Assembly: GCA_046757665.1 (NCBI GenBank)
Contig: JBHHYO010000001.1
Coordinates: 26,822-90,821 of the forward strand
DNA: 64,000 bases
DNA from: Nitrospinales bacterium
GTDB taxonomy: Bacteria > Nitrospinota > Nitrospinia > Nitrospinales > JAJDAT01
Reading direction: 5' to 3'
Below, piece after piece: positions 44,893 through 54,323 of this stretch (positions are counted from its first letter, which is position 1; each line of letters opens with the position of its first letter). Below the pieces are notes generated by a model that saw nothing but the letters and a program-made list of their open reading frames with translations, was not told where the DNA came from and did not search any database. The position numbers were made by a program, and so were the translations under genes.

Positions 44893-47271
44893 TCAGAACT
44901 CGACGAGGGTGACGCCGTCGCCGCCTTCGCCGGGCGGGCCGGGGGTGACGCTTTTGCCGATGCCGCCGCTTTCCAGATAGTCGCGGACGAATTTCTTGAT
45001 GGCTCCCGTGCCGTGGCCGTGGATGATTTTGACTTGCCCCATGTTGTTGAGCATGGCCTGATCGATAAAGGATTCCAGGGCGCGTTTTGCCTCGTCCATC
45101 CTCATGCCGCGCAAATCGCAGGTATGTGATTGCGGCGGCGTGGATTCCACGGTCAGGTTGATCGTCGGTTTTGCCGGTTTGGGCGCGGGAGGGGTTTTGC
45201 CGTCGCCGGCGCGGCCGCGCAGGCGTTGGGTCTCGACGCGGGTTTCCAGGTTGCCGAGTTTGACGAGAACCTTCTTTTTGCCCTGCGGGTTTTCCAGAAG
45301 TTTGCCGCGCGCGCCGTAGGTATCGACGACGACGTCCTCGCCCTCCCGGAGTTTGTCGGCGGGAACGTTCCATTCGGAAAGGTCGGGCCGGACGGCGGCC
45401 GGCGGGACGCGGCCCAGCGAACGAACCTGCCGGTCCGCCGCGCGGATTTTTTCCGGATCGCGGGCTCCCTTGATGTCGCGCAGTATTTTGTGGATCGTGT
45501 TCCGAGCGTCACGGACGGTTCCCTGAAGCCGCTTGGCTTTGTTCTTTTGAAACTCCAGTTCCCGGTCGCGCAGGTTTTGCGTCAGGGTTTGCTGTTCTTC
45601 CTTGAGTCGTTGCGTTTCTGCGAGCCGTTCGGCAAGCGATGCCTTTTCTTTCTCCAGGCGCAGTTTTTGATGGCGCAGGGATTGCAGAAGCGCGTCGGCG
45701 CGGGTGTCCTTCTCATCGTAAATGTTGCGGGCTCTGGCGATGATCTCGTGGCTCAGGCCCAGCCGTTCGGCGGTTTCCAGGGCGGCGCTACCGCCGGGCA
45801 CGCCGAAGATCAGCTTGTAAGTGGGTTGCAGGGAGTCCCGGTCAAACTCGGTGCAGGCGTTGAGAAACCCTTCCTGGGTTTGCGCCAGGGTTTTGAGCGC
45901 CAGAAAATGCGTGGACACCAGCGTCATCATGCCCTTGCGTTTCAATTCCAGGAGAATGGCCTCGGCCAGCGCCGCGCCCTGCAAGGGGTCCGTGGCGATT
46001 CCCAACTCGTCGAGCAGGACGAGTGAGCCGGGCGGGGCGTGGGTGAGGATGCTGACGATTTTGCCGAGATGCGCGGAAAAGGTCGAAAGGCTTTGCTGGA
46101 TGTTTTGTTCGTCGCCGATGTCCGCGTAGACCCGCGGGAAGAATCCGATTTCGGAATCCTCGTCCAGCGGCAGGAGGAGACCGGCGCGCGCCATGAGCGC
46201 CATCAATCCCACGGTTTTCAGGGTGACCGTTTTGCCGCCGGTGTTGGGTCCGGAAATGATGATGACGCGGCAGGCGTCGTCCCAGCAAATATCGTTGGCC
46301 ACCACGTCTTGTCCGTTGAGAAGCAGTTCCGGGTTTCTTGCCCCTTTCAAGCGGACCCGGCACTCGCGGCTGAACGTGAACCGCCGGGCTTGCAGGGTTT
46401 TTGCCAGCCGGCGTTTGGCGTGAATGAGGTCGAGGTTGACGAGGACGGCGAAATCGGCGAGCAACGGCCGGCTGTGTTCCACCGCCGTCCGCGCCAGATG
46501 GCGCAGGATTCTCAGTTTTTCCTGCTCGACCTTGATGCGGTTGATTTTCAATTGGTTGTTCAGGGGGATCACTTTCGTGGGTTCCATGTAAAAGGTGGCG
46601 CCGCTTCCGGAACTGTCGTGGACGATGCCGTCAATCCGGCCCTTGTATTCCGAGCGGACGGGAAAGACCAGCCGTCCCTCCCGCTCGGTGGTGTAGGAAT
46701 CCTGGATGGCGTCCTTGAATTCGGGGCTTCCCAGCAGTTTGTTGACGGACTTGTCCCGTTTGTCCTTGGCCTCGCGGACGGCGCGCACCGCTTGTTTCAG
46801 TTCCGGGGAAGCGGTGTCTTTTATTTCGCTTTCGTCGCTGATGCAACGTTCCAGTTCCTTGAGAAAATCGGGCAGGAGGGTCAGGCGGGCGGCGTAGTCG
46901 CCGAGCAGGCCGGAGCGTTTGGCGAAAAAACTTTTTATCGATTTCGCCAGGCGCAGGAATTTCAGGATGTGTAGCGCTTGCTCCGGCTCGAGGATTCCCC
47001 GGGCGGCGGCGTCATCGAGAAGCGGGCGGATGTCCTCGAAGGCGCAGAGCGGCGGGGTTTCCGCCGCTTCATCCAGCGCGGTCATCTCTTCGGTCTCGCG
47101 CAGGGCTTTTTGGGCGCCGTCGAAATCGGGTTCGGGGCGGAGGTCAAGGCATCGGTCCCGGGTGGCCGGCGAATAGGCCAGACCGGCAAGCGCATTGCGG
47201 ATGATGTCCCAGCCGAGCAGGGCCGTGGATTTCTCCAGCAATTGGCCGTGGTCCGGCGGGGATGGCATCAT
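44893..47271 (-). CDS. mutS2: Endonuclease MutS2 (MutS-II ATPase + C-terminal Smr domain)
   Basis: It has the Walker A ISGPNTGGKTVTLKTVGL, then DELGIATDP, then the Smr domain CDLRGMRMDEA...VKIIHGHGTGAIK. Confidence 0.93.
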   Translation of the reverse strand: MMPSPPDHGQLLEKSTALLGWDIIRNALAGLAYSPATRDRCLDLRPEPDFDGAQKALRETEEMTALDEAAETPPLCAFEDIRPLLDDAAARGILEPEQALHILKFLRLAKSIKSFFAKRSGLLGDYAARLTLLPDFLKELERCISDESEIKDTASPELKQAVRAVREAKDKRDKSVNKLLGSPEFKDAIQDSYTTEREGRLVFPVRSEYKGRIDGIVHDSSGSGATFYMEPTKVIPLNNQLKINRIKVEQEKLRILRHLARTAVEHSRPLLADFAVLVNLDLIHAKRRLAKTLQARRFTFSRECRVRLKGARNPELLLNGQDVVANDICWDDACRVIIISGPNTGGKTVTLKTVGLMALMARAGLLLPLDEDSEIGFFPRVYADIGDEQNIQQSLSTFSAHLGKIVSILTHAPPGSLVLLDELGIATDPLQGAALAEAILLELKRKGMMTLVSTHFLALKTLAQTQEGFLNACTEFDRDSLQPTYKLIFGVPGGSAALETAERLGLSHEIIARARNIYDEKDTRADALLQSLRHQKLRLEKEKASLAERLAETQRLKEEQQTLTQNLRDRELEFQKNKAKRLQGTVRDARNTIHKILRDIKGARDPEKIRAADRQVRSLGRVPPAAVRPDLSEWNVPADKLREGEDVVVDTYGARGKLLENPQGKKKVLVKLGNLETRVETQRLRGRAGDGKTPPAPKPAKPTINLTVESTPPQSHTCDLRGMRMDEAKRALESFIDQAMLNNMGQVKIIHGHGTGAIKKFVRDYLESGGIGKSVTPGPPGEGGDGVTLVEF

Positions 47272-48605
47272 GGCATCCGCAGGCCGGCGACAGGTTCCTC
47301 CAGGGAAACCTCCACCATGGCGTCGAAGAGCAGGCCGGGGTCGCGGCGGGTTTTAAATCCCCTCAGCAATACTCCCATGTCCCGATCCACTTTTTGGTCG
47401 AAGCTGATTTGCGTTTCACCAGGCACCAACCGGTTGCCCCGGTCGATAATCCGTCGGGTGGTGATGCGCACCGGAAGGTCGAAATCCACCATGCCGGAAT
47501 TGAGATAGACTTGATAGCGGGTGACGTTTTTTCCCAGGATTTCGATGCGGTTGCCGCCTTTTTGCAACGCAAACAGAGTGGCGATTTTGCCGTCGCGGAC
47601 GTTCAGGGGCTCATTTTCCGGCCCGGGAAGTTGCAGGGCGGCGAGATTCACTCCCGCCGTGATGCGAGCCCATTGAATGGCGTCCAGGTGGTTGCCCTCG
47701 CGGGTCATGCGGACGATTTTGGGATTGTGCCGGCGTTTTTGCTGATTCAGCCATTGTAGCAAGCGGGGCACCTCCGGCGCGGGCAGAAAATGGCCTCCAT
47801 GCGCCGTTCCCGTTTCTTGGTGCTCCCGGTAAACTACGGAATATTTCAGGTCGGATAAAATTTTGTGCACGCGGCGTTGATAGGTGACCGGGAAGACGGG
47901 GTCCCTTGCCCCATGGATAATGTAGACGGGGGTGTTGTTCAGGTTGACCAGGAAGGGCATCAGTCTTTCGGTGATGGTTCCGGCGATGGGAACAATGCCC
48001 GCGAAGCGGTCGGGATAAAACATGCCGATCATGAACGTGCCGATGGCGCCGTTGGACAGTCCGGCGAGGAAGACGCGGTCGCCGTCCACGGGGTAATCCG
48101 ATTTTGTTTTTTGGATCAATTGTAGTACGATTTCTTCAGCCGGCCGCGCCCACCATGCGCCCATCGGGTAGGAAGGGCACAGGATGATGAATTTGTTTTG
48201 CAACCGCTCGACCCATTTCCCGATTGTGGAATCCCCCGTGCCGCCCATGCCGTGCAGAATCACGATCATGGGGAAATTCTCATCCGCGCCGCCCGAAGGC
48301 GGGGAAAACAGGGCGTAAGGATAGTTCTTGCCGTTGTGTTCGATGGTGAGGCCGGCTTGCAGTCCGGACGGAGCGCCGGCGCCATGAGGGCGCTTCCGCA
48401 ACAGTTCTTTTACGTCTTCATTTCTAATACCATGTTGTTCCAACCTGCTTAACACCCGCGATTCCACTTCCGGGTTCTCCGCCGATAAAAAAAGGTCGAT
48501 CTCGGCCTTCAGGGAGTACGGCGCGGGCGTCGGTATTTCCGGCGCTTTCCCCGAATGGCACGCACCGATCAGGAAGAAAAAAATCAATGAAACAAGCAGT
48601 CTCAT
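47268..48605 (-). CDS. Secreted/lipoprotein alpha/beta-hydrolase (esterase family) with extra C-terminal domain
   Basis: The signal peptide carries a lipobox (MRLLVSLIFFFLIGAC). Also present are MIVILHGMGGTGDS, the nucleophile elbow FLAGLSNGAIG, and IIHGARDPVFP. The stop overlaps the mutS2 start. Confidence 0.75.
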   Translation of the reverse strand: MRLLVSLIFFFLIGACHSGKAPEIPTPAPYSLKAEIDLFLSAENPEVESRVLSRLEQHGIRNEDVKELLRKRPHGAGAPSGLQAGLTIEHNGKNYPYALFSPPSGGADENFPMIVILHGMGGTGDSTIGKWVERLQNKFIILCPSYPMGAWWARPAEEIVLQLIQKTKSDYPVDGDRVFLAGLSNGAIGTFMIGMFYPDRFAGIVPIAGTITERLMPFLVNLNNTPVYIIHGARDPVFPVTYQRRVHKILSDLKYSVVYREHQETGTAHGGHFLPAPEVPRLLQWLNQQKRRHNPKIVRMTREGNHLDAIQWARITAGVNLAALQLPGPENEPLNVRDGKIATLFALQKGGNRIEILGKNVTRYQVYLNSGMVDFDLPVRITTRRIIDRGNRLVPGETQISFDQKVDRDMGVLLRGFKTRRDPGLLFDAMVEVSLEEPVAGLRMP

Positions 48606-48649
48606 ATCTCCAACATAGTGGAATAACCCCTTAATGTAAAGGAGACGGA

Positions 48650-50890
48650 TTGAAAATGCCCGCCAAGTTCAGAGAGCATTCGACCGCCTTCGCCGTTTAT
48701 ATTTTTCTCGGCCTCCTGTTCTTCAGGGAAGTGGTTTTTCGCACCCAATGGTTCACGGAAGATTTTTTCATGCAGAATTTTCCCAGCCGGCATTTTGCGG
48801 CGGTGGAAATCAGCCGGGGTTCGGTGCCCTTGTGGAATCCGTACGTCTTCAGCGGCATGCCTTTTTTTGCCGACATACAAACCGCCGTCCTTTATCCGTT
48901 CAATCTTTTGATGTCGCTGGGGGTCGGGGAGGGAGGGCTTTCTTACGCCCTGTTTGAATATCAGGTGATCTTTCATTTCAGCCTCTGCGGTTATTTCATG
49001 TACCTGTTTTTGCGGAGTCTGGACCTGGACGCATGTAGTGCGTTGCTGGGCGGGATGGCGTTTGCGTTCAGCGGATTTTTCATCAATCATGCGCATCATT
49101 CCAACCTGATTCATTCGGCGGTTTGGTTGCCCGCGGTTTTCTATTGTTGCCGGCGGACGTTCACGGGTGCGCCGGGCTGGATATGGGGTTGCCCGGTTCT
49201 GTGGACGGTTTCTTTTTTCGGCGGCCATCCGCAGATGACGCTTTTTATTATCTATGCGTCCTCCGCCTATTATTTTTACCTGGCCGCCTGTCGGCGCGAA
49301 CAAAGGGAACTGAAGCTGTCGCTGTGCCGCTTTGCGCTCGTTGCCGGTTTATTTGTTTTGCTGTCGCTTGTCCAGACACTGCCGACGATGGAATTTTTAC
49401 AGCAGACCGGCCGGAAGACATTGGACTTTGCCGGAGCGACCAAGGACTCGCTTCCCTTGAAAGCGTTGTGGACGTTGTTTATGCCCGATCTCTTCTTGCC
49501 GTCTTACCAGTCCTGGCAGTACTGGGAGTTTCGGTGTTACGCCGGTGTCGGTGTGTTGATGGCGGCGGCGCTGGGAGTGTCGGTTCGGCCTCTCAAGAAA
49601 ACAGTGTTCTTTCAAGGGCTGGCGGCGCTTGCCCTGGTTCTTGCCTTGGGAGAAAACACGGCGGCGTACAAGGCGTTTTTTACGCTGGTGCCCGGATTCG
49701 AGTTTTTCCGGGTGCCGGCGCGGTTTGTCTTTTTGTTCCTGTTTGCCGTGTCCGTTCTGGCGGCTTACGGATTTTCCGCGTTGTTCGGCGCGCAGTCGGG
49801 CGATGCCGCTTTCGGGAAAACAAGTATTGCAAAGCGGCTTGCCTGCATCGCGGGCCTGTTCCTGTTGGCGGCGCCCGCGGCGGTTTTCGTTGCCGGCGAC
49901 GCCGCCGCGTGGCGGCCGCATTTCTTGACCTATCTTGGCGTTGCCGCCGCCATGCTTGCGGCATTTTCGCTGGCGCTTCAATACCGCGCGGGACGCGCCA
50001 TAAAATTTGTCGTTATGGCGTTGATTGTCGCCGACCTCTTTGCTTTTCGCGGCCCGTTCAACCAAACCCGGCTGACGGAAAATCAAATGCACGCCATGAT
50101 TTACGAAAACCCCGTCGCCGGGATATTGAGGGGCCAGGAGAAAGGCACCCGGTTCCTCGTCAAAAACGGGTTTCCTGTATTTGCCAACATGGGCCAGGTA
50201 TACAGGATGTCCAACACGTCGGGTTACAACCCTTTTCGGTTGAAGGGGTACGCGACGCTGAATCTGGACAAACCGCAAATCGCCAACTTGTTGAGTACGA
50301 AATTTCTCGACTTCAAATCCCTGGAACCCCCTCTGGAAAGCAAAAACCATGGCGAAGCGCGCCAGGTGCGGCTGGGGTTCAGGATCAACAAGGACGCACT
50401 GCCGCGCGGTTTTTTCGTCCGCCGCTCCGCCTTCGCCCCTGATTTTAATCTGCAACGGGCGGTCGACAAGGGGGAATTTGATCCGCTGGATACCGTTTAT
50501 CTGGAAAAAAAATTTCCAAACGCCAGGGATGAAACTTCCCCTGCGAAGGGTGTGGAATCCTCTCTCCTGCGATACGAAAATTCCGGAGACGAAATTTTGA
50601 TCGATATGAAAAACAATTTGCCGGGTTTTATTTTTGTGTCCGAGGTTTATTATCCGGGTTGGCGGGTTTATGTGAATGGTCAAGAGAAGGAGGTCCTGCG
50701 GGCCAACGGGCTTTTCCGGGCGGTGCGTATTGAGGCGTCCCCCGGCGGAGCGTTGCCGAACCGGATCAAATTCGTTTTTCAACCCCGGTCGGTTGTTCTG
50801 GGCGCGTGGGTTTCCGCGGCGGCCTTTGCCCTGACGCTCCTGGTTTTTGCGATCTCCTTTTTTAGGAAACGGTCAGCCCGTGAACCCTGA
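48650..50890 (+). CDS. YfhO-family membrane protein (putative GT-C-type glycosyltransferase)
   Basis: The N-terminal signature FFMQNFPSRHF...GSVPLWNPYVFSGMPFFADIQTAVLYPFNLL is present. The protein is polytopic with a C-terminal extracytoplasmic domain. The start is TTG 48650 or ATG 48656, behind an AAGGAG RBS. Confidence 0.72.
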   Translation: MKMPAKFREHSTAFAVYIFLGLLFFREVVFRTQWFTEDFFMQNFPSRHFAAVEISRGSVPLWNPYVFSGMPFFADIQTAVLYPFNLLMSLGVGEGGLSYALFEYQVIFHFSLCGYFMYLFLRSLDLDACSALLGGMAFAFSGFFINHAHHSNLIHSAVWLPAVFYCCRRTFTGAPGWIWGCPVLWTVSFFGGHPQMTLFIIYASSAYYFYLAACRREQRELKLSLCRFALVAGLFVLLSLVQTLPTMEFLQQTGRKTLDFAGATKDSLPLKALWTLFMPDLFLPSYQSWQYWEFRCYAGVGVLMAAALGVSVRPLKKTVFFQGLAALALVLALGENTAAYKAFFTLVPGFEFFRVPARFVFLFLFAVSVLAAYGFSALFGAQSGDAAFGKTSIAKRLACIAGLFLLAAPAAVFVAGDAAAWRPHFLTYLGVAAAMLAAFSLALQYRAGRAIKFVVMALIVADLFAFRGPFNQTRLTENQMHAMIYENPVAGILRGQEKGTRFLVKNGFPVFANMGQVYRMSNTSGYNPFRLKGYATLNLDKPQIANLLSTKFLDFKSLEPPLESKNHGEARQVRLGFRINKDALPRGFFVRRSAFAPDFNLQRAVDKGEFDPLDTVYLEKKFPNARDETSPAKGVESSLLRYENSGDEILIDMKNNLPGFIFVSEVYYPGWRVYVNGQEKEVLRANGLFRAVRIEASPGGALPNRIKFVFQPRSVVLGAWVSAAAFALTLLVFAISFFRKRSAREP

Positions 50891-50900
50891 AACCCGTCCG

Positions 50901-52538
50901 ATGGAAAACCCGTCTTCATTTGTCCGGAAACATTATCCGGTTGGCGTCTTGCTGGCGCTCTATCTGGTCACTCGGATGATCCATTTGACCGCGCTCCCCA
51001 TTTTCGGCGACGAGGCGGTTTATCTTTATTGGGCCGAACTGATCCGGGAGGATGCCGGGAATCTTTGGATTTCCCTTGAAGCCGACAACAAAAAACCTCT
51101 GTTGTTTTGGTTGCTGACGGCCGGTTTGCAAATTTTTCAGGACCCGTTATGGGCGGGCCGCATGGTCTCCGTTGCCGCGGGCGCATTCTCGCTGGTGGGA
51201 ATTTATTTTGTCGGGCGCCGATTGTATTCCGTCCGGGCGGCACAAGTGACGGCTTTCCTTTACGTCGCCAGTCCGTATCACTTGTTTTTCGACCGCATGA
51301 TTTATGAGTCCAGCCTGCTCAACTGCATTTTCATCTGGACGATTTGGCTGACTCTGGCGCTCTTGCGGAAGGAAAAGCAGAAGCGCTTTTTCCATCACGG
51401 GTTGCTGGCGTTGCTGGTGGGGTTGGGGTTGCTGACTCATTCCTTCGCGGTTCTGTTTGTTCTCCTGCCTTTGTTATTCAAGGTTGTTTTTTGGCGGGAG
51501 AAGGATTTTCTGCCGTGGCGCAGTGTATTGCCCGCCTGCCTGGCGGGGATAACGATAGGCGGCGCGCCCTACGGGATTTTGTACCTCACGTCGGAAAAAT
51601 TTCCCATCACCAATTATTTCATACCCACCAGGCACAGCCTGGGCCAAACGGGAGTGAGCGCGCTTTTATCCGAAATGCCCGCGAAGGTCCTTGCCGGCCT
51701 GGATGGCGTTTTAAGTTACTTCACGGGTTATTTGACCTGGCCGATTTTTTTGCCGGCGGTGGTTTTTCTGGTTTGGCGGTTCAGGACATTGGACCGTGGG
51801 CAGGCGGTTTTGGCGGCATACTTTCTTTTGCCCGTTCTTGTTGTGCTCGGCACGGCCGGCAAGGGGTTTTCAAGGTACTATCTGTTTTGCGCGACGCCCT
51901 TGTTGTTGTGGGCCGGACAGGCCATGACGTTGTTCCGGGATTTTCTGCGGAAAAATTTCTCCGGAAAACCGGCCGGCGTTCTCCCGGCGGTCCTGGCTTG
52001 CGCGTTAATTTTCCCGGCGGCGCGATTCGATTATTATCTGCTCACGCGGCCGGAAAAAGCGCTGCTCCCCGATATCGACCGGTACCAGTACATCCGTAGC
52101 CGGTTCTCCGGATACGGGATACCCGAGGCGGTGCGCTTTTTCCGCGACGCGGCCCGGAACAAAAAAATCGTTATTTTCACTTCCGTGGCCTGGGGCAACC
52201 CCGCGGACGCAATGCGTGTTTACTTGCGCGGCCATCCCAATATAGAAATTTACATGGCGTACTGGATGTACGAGAAGCCCATGTTGCCGCGGCGGGTCGA
52301 GACGATTTTTCCGCGGCAACCGTATACCGCAAAACCGTTGCGGAAAATCCAGACCGCCGATTTGCGCGAGGTGTATTTTGTCTGGCGAACCTCGCCGAAA
52401 TTTTCCCGCAAGGAGTTTCTGGCGGTAAACCCGGATTTCCGCATGATCCGGGCGTTCCGGAAACCCGGCAGTACGGTCTTCGTGGAAATCTACAAGTGGC
52501 GGTCACCCCGGACGCCGCGAAAAAACGGCAAGCCGTAA
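50901..52538 (+). CDS. ArnT/PMT-like (GT39/GT83-type) membrane glycosyltransferase
   Basis: I set the start at ATG 50901 (MENPSSF). The first-loop motif is ALPIFGDEAVYLYWA. There are more than 10 TM segments. Confidence 0.78.
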   Translation: MENPSSFVRKHYPVGVLLALYLVTRMIHLTALPIFGDEAVYLYWAELIREDAGNLWISLEADNKKPLLFWLLTAGLQIFQDPLWAGRMVSVAAGAFSLVGIYFVGRRLYSVRAAQVTAFLYVASPYHLFFDRMIYESSLLNCIFIWTIWLTLALLRKEKQKRFFHHGLLALLVGLGLLTHSFAVLFVLLPLLFKVVFWREKDFLPWRSVLPACLAGITIGGAPYGILYLTSEKFPITNYFIPTRHSLGQTGVSALLSEMPAKVLAGLDGVLSYFTGYLTWPIFLPAVVFLVWRFRTLDRGQAVLAAYFLLPVLVVLGTAGKGFSRYYLFCATPLLLWAGQAMTLFRDFLRKNFSGKPAGVLPAVLACALIFPAARFDYYLLTRPEKALLPDIDRYQYIRSRFSGYGIPEAVRFFRDAARNKKIVIFTSVAWGNPADAMRVYLRGHPNIEIYMAYWMYEKPMLPRRVETIFPRQPYTAKPLRKIQTADLREVYFVWRTSPKFSRKEFLAVNPDFRMIRAFRKPGSTVFVEIYKWRSPRTPRKNGKP

Positions 52539-52568
52539 GTCCCACCCGCGATTCCCCGCCGCCGGCAG

Positions 52569-53261
52569 TCAGACGATTTCAAGCGAGACGCGGTTTTTAT
52601 TTTTAAATTTGTTGTAGATCGTCGGGATCAGGGCGAAGAGGCCGAGCAGGGCGAAAGCCCCGAGAACGCCGGGCGAGGCAATGTCCTTCAACGATTCGAT
52701 GGAAGCCAGGTTGCTACCCGCGTTGGCGTAAACGAAGGTGCCGGGCAGGGTGCCGAACATCGTCCCGAAAAAATATACGCCCAGGCGCACCCGGGTCAGG
52801 CCGGAAACCAGGTTGATCAGGAAAAAGGGGAAGAGGGGGACCAGGCGCAGGAACAGAATATAGTTGAGGGCGTTTTTGGAAAACCCCTCGTTGAACGGCT
52901 GAAGCTTGTCGCCGAATTTTTTTTCCACCCAGTCGCGTAGCAGGAACCGCGCCACCAGAAAGGCCAGCGTTGCGCCCGCCGTTGCGCCTACGTTGACGAT
53001 CAGCGTTCCCTGGAACGCGCCGAAAACCGCGCCGCCGGAAAGCGTGAGAATCGTCGCCCCCGGCAGGGAGAAAGCGACCGTCAGGATGTAAACGCCGATG
53101 AATCCAAAAATCATCGGCCACCGGTGGCTCTGGTAGTATTCGTCCAGCCGGTTCTTGTTTTCCTTGAGGCTTTCCAGGGAAAGGTACTGCCCCAGGTCGT
53201 AATAAAAAAACAGTACGACCACCACCGCGACCAGGGCCAGCAACGACAATTTTTTGGTCAC
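52569..53261 (-). CDS. TVP38/TMEM64 (DedA-related) family membrane protein
   Basis: 230 aa. Motifs: FSLPGATILTLSGGAVFG and FLRLVPLFPFFLINLVSGLT. Confidence 0.85.
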   Translation of the reverse strand: MTKKLSLLALVAVVVVLFFYYDLGQYLSLESLKENKNRLDEYYQSHRWPMIFGFIGVYILTVAFSLPGATILTLSGGAVFGAFQGTLIVNVGATAGATLAFLVARFLLRDWVEKKFGDKLQPFNEGFSKNALNYILFLRLVPLFPFFLINLVSGLTRVRLGVYFFGTMFGTLPGTFVYANAGSNLASIESLKDIASPGVLGAFALLGLFALIPTIYNKFKNKNRVSLEIV

Positions 53262-54181
53262 GACCGTCCTCCCTTGAAAACCTCCGTATCGGGATGAAAG
53301 GAGTACCAGGCGAACCAGAAACCCACCACGGACGGCAGTTCCTTGCCCGCGCGATCCCGGATCACGGCGGTTTGCGACGAGTTGTCGTAAAAAATGTTCA
53401 CGGGCACCCCGCCGACGGTGTCCTTCACCATCGGTTTGCTCTTGGCCAATTCCGAAAACGGGTAGGCCTTGGTTTTGCCGCCGATTTCGATTCCGACCAC
53501 TCTTTCCTTGGGGTGGTAAAGGTTACTGCGGTTATTGACGGAAAACATGATGTCGGGGCTGGTGTAGTAGCCTTCGTAGGGGTCGCGGTAATAGTTGCGC
53601 CGGTAACCGGTGTCGGTTGACAGGATCAGGGAGTCGGGGTGTTTTTTTCTCCATGCTCCCCAGGTCGTGTAGGAGGAGGGCAGGAGCACCAGCCGGGTGT
53701 CGGTCATCTTCCCGGTCACCGCCTGCGATTTGATCTGCGACCAAAGGCTTTCGGTTTGATGGTCATAGAGCAGAACGTCGCTCTGGTAGAGCAGTCCGGA
53801 CACGCCGAACGTCATTTGGCGGCCCTTGATCGTCGCGTCAAAAACCATTCCGGTTCCGCACAGGGGGCAGAAGGAGATGACCACGGCTTGCCCGCCGACC
53901 CGGTCGTTGACGATTTCGTGCCAGTTGAGGATTTTGATGGGGTAGGCCTTGGCCTGTCCGTTCAAAAACAGTCCCAGAACGCGGTCGCTGTCTTTCAGGT
54001 GTTCCGTTTCAGCTTCCGCCGCGGCGATGAATTTGGGTTTCAGCAATGCGGGAATGCCGTCCTTGGGCGGTCCGCCGCTGTGTATCTCGTCCAGGGGAAT
54101 GTTATGCCTGGACTTGTCGAATCCCGTGGAAAAAATCATCATGGAAACGGCCAGCAAGAGCGCAAGCAATTTGGTATTCAT
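53258..54181 (-). CDS. DUF3179-domain secreted protein
   Basis: I set the start at ATG 54181 ([18 protein letters not shown], a signal peptide). Motifs: [27 protein letters not shown] and [14 protein letters not shown]. It overlaps the TVP38 start by 4 nt. Confidence 0.78.
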   Translation of the reverse strand: MNTKLLALLLAVSMMIFSTGFDKSRHNIPLDEIHSGGPPKDGIPALLKPKFIAAAEAETEHLKDSDRVLGLFLNGQAKAYPIKILNWHEIVNDRVGGQAVVISFCPLCGTGMVFDATIKGRQMTFGVSGLLYQSDVLLYDHQTESLWSQIKSQAVTGKMTDTRLVLLPSSYTTWGAWRKKHPDSLILSTDTGYRRNYYRDPYEGYYTSPDIMFSVNNRSNLYHPKERVVGIEIGGKTKAYPFSELAKSKPMVKDTVGGVPVNIFYDNSSQTAVIRDRAGKELPSVVGFWFAWYSFHPDTEVFKGGRS

Positions 54182-54323
54182 GGTGTTCCGACTCCTTTTT
54201 GTTGGGGCTCCTGCTTGGTCGGGGTCCGCCGTCCATTCCTTACAGACATGCGGTTCTCCTTCGCGTTGGCGGAGAATGTCCAAACAACTTTATGTTTTTC
54301 CTGGATTATTATATAATTTTTCC

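Noticed and set aside
49123-50442. 439-aa alternative-frame ORF inside the YfhO-like gene (also 40301-41197 inside rocD and 51344-52099 inside the GT39-like gene)
   Set aside because: These are same-strand, off-frame ORFs with R/G/C/P-rich composition. The primary frames carry the recognisable family motifs.
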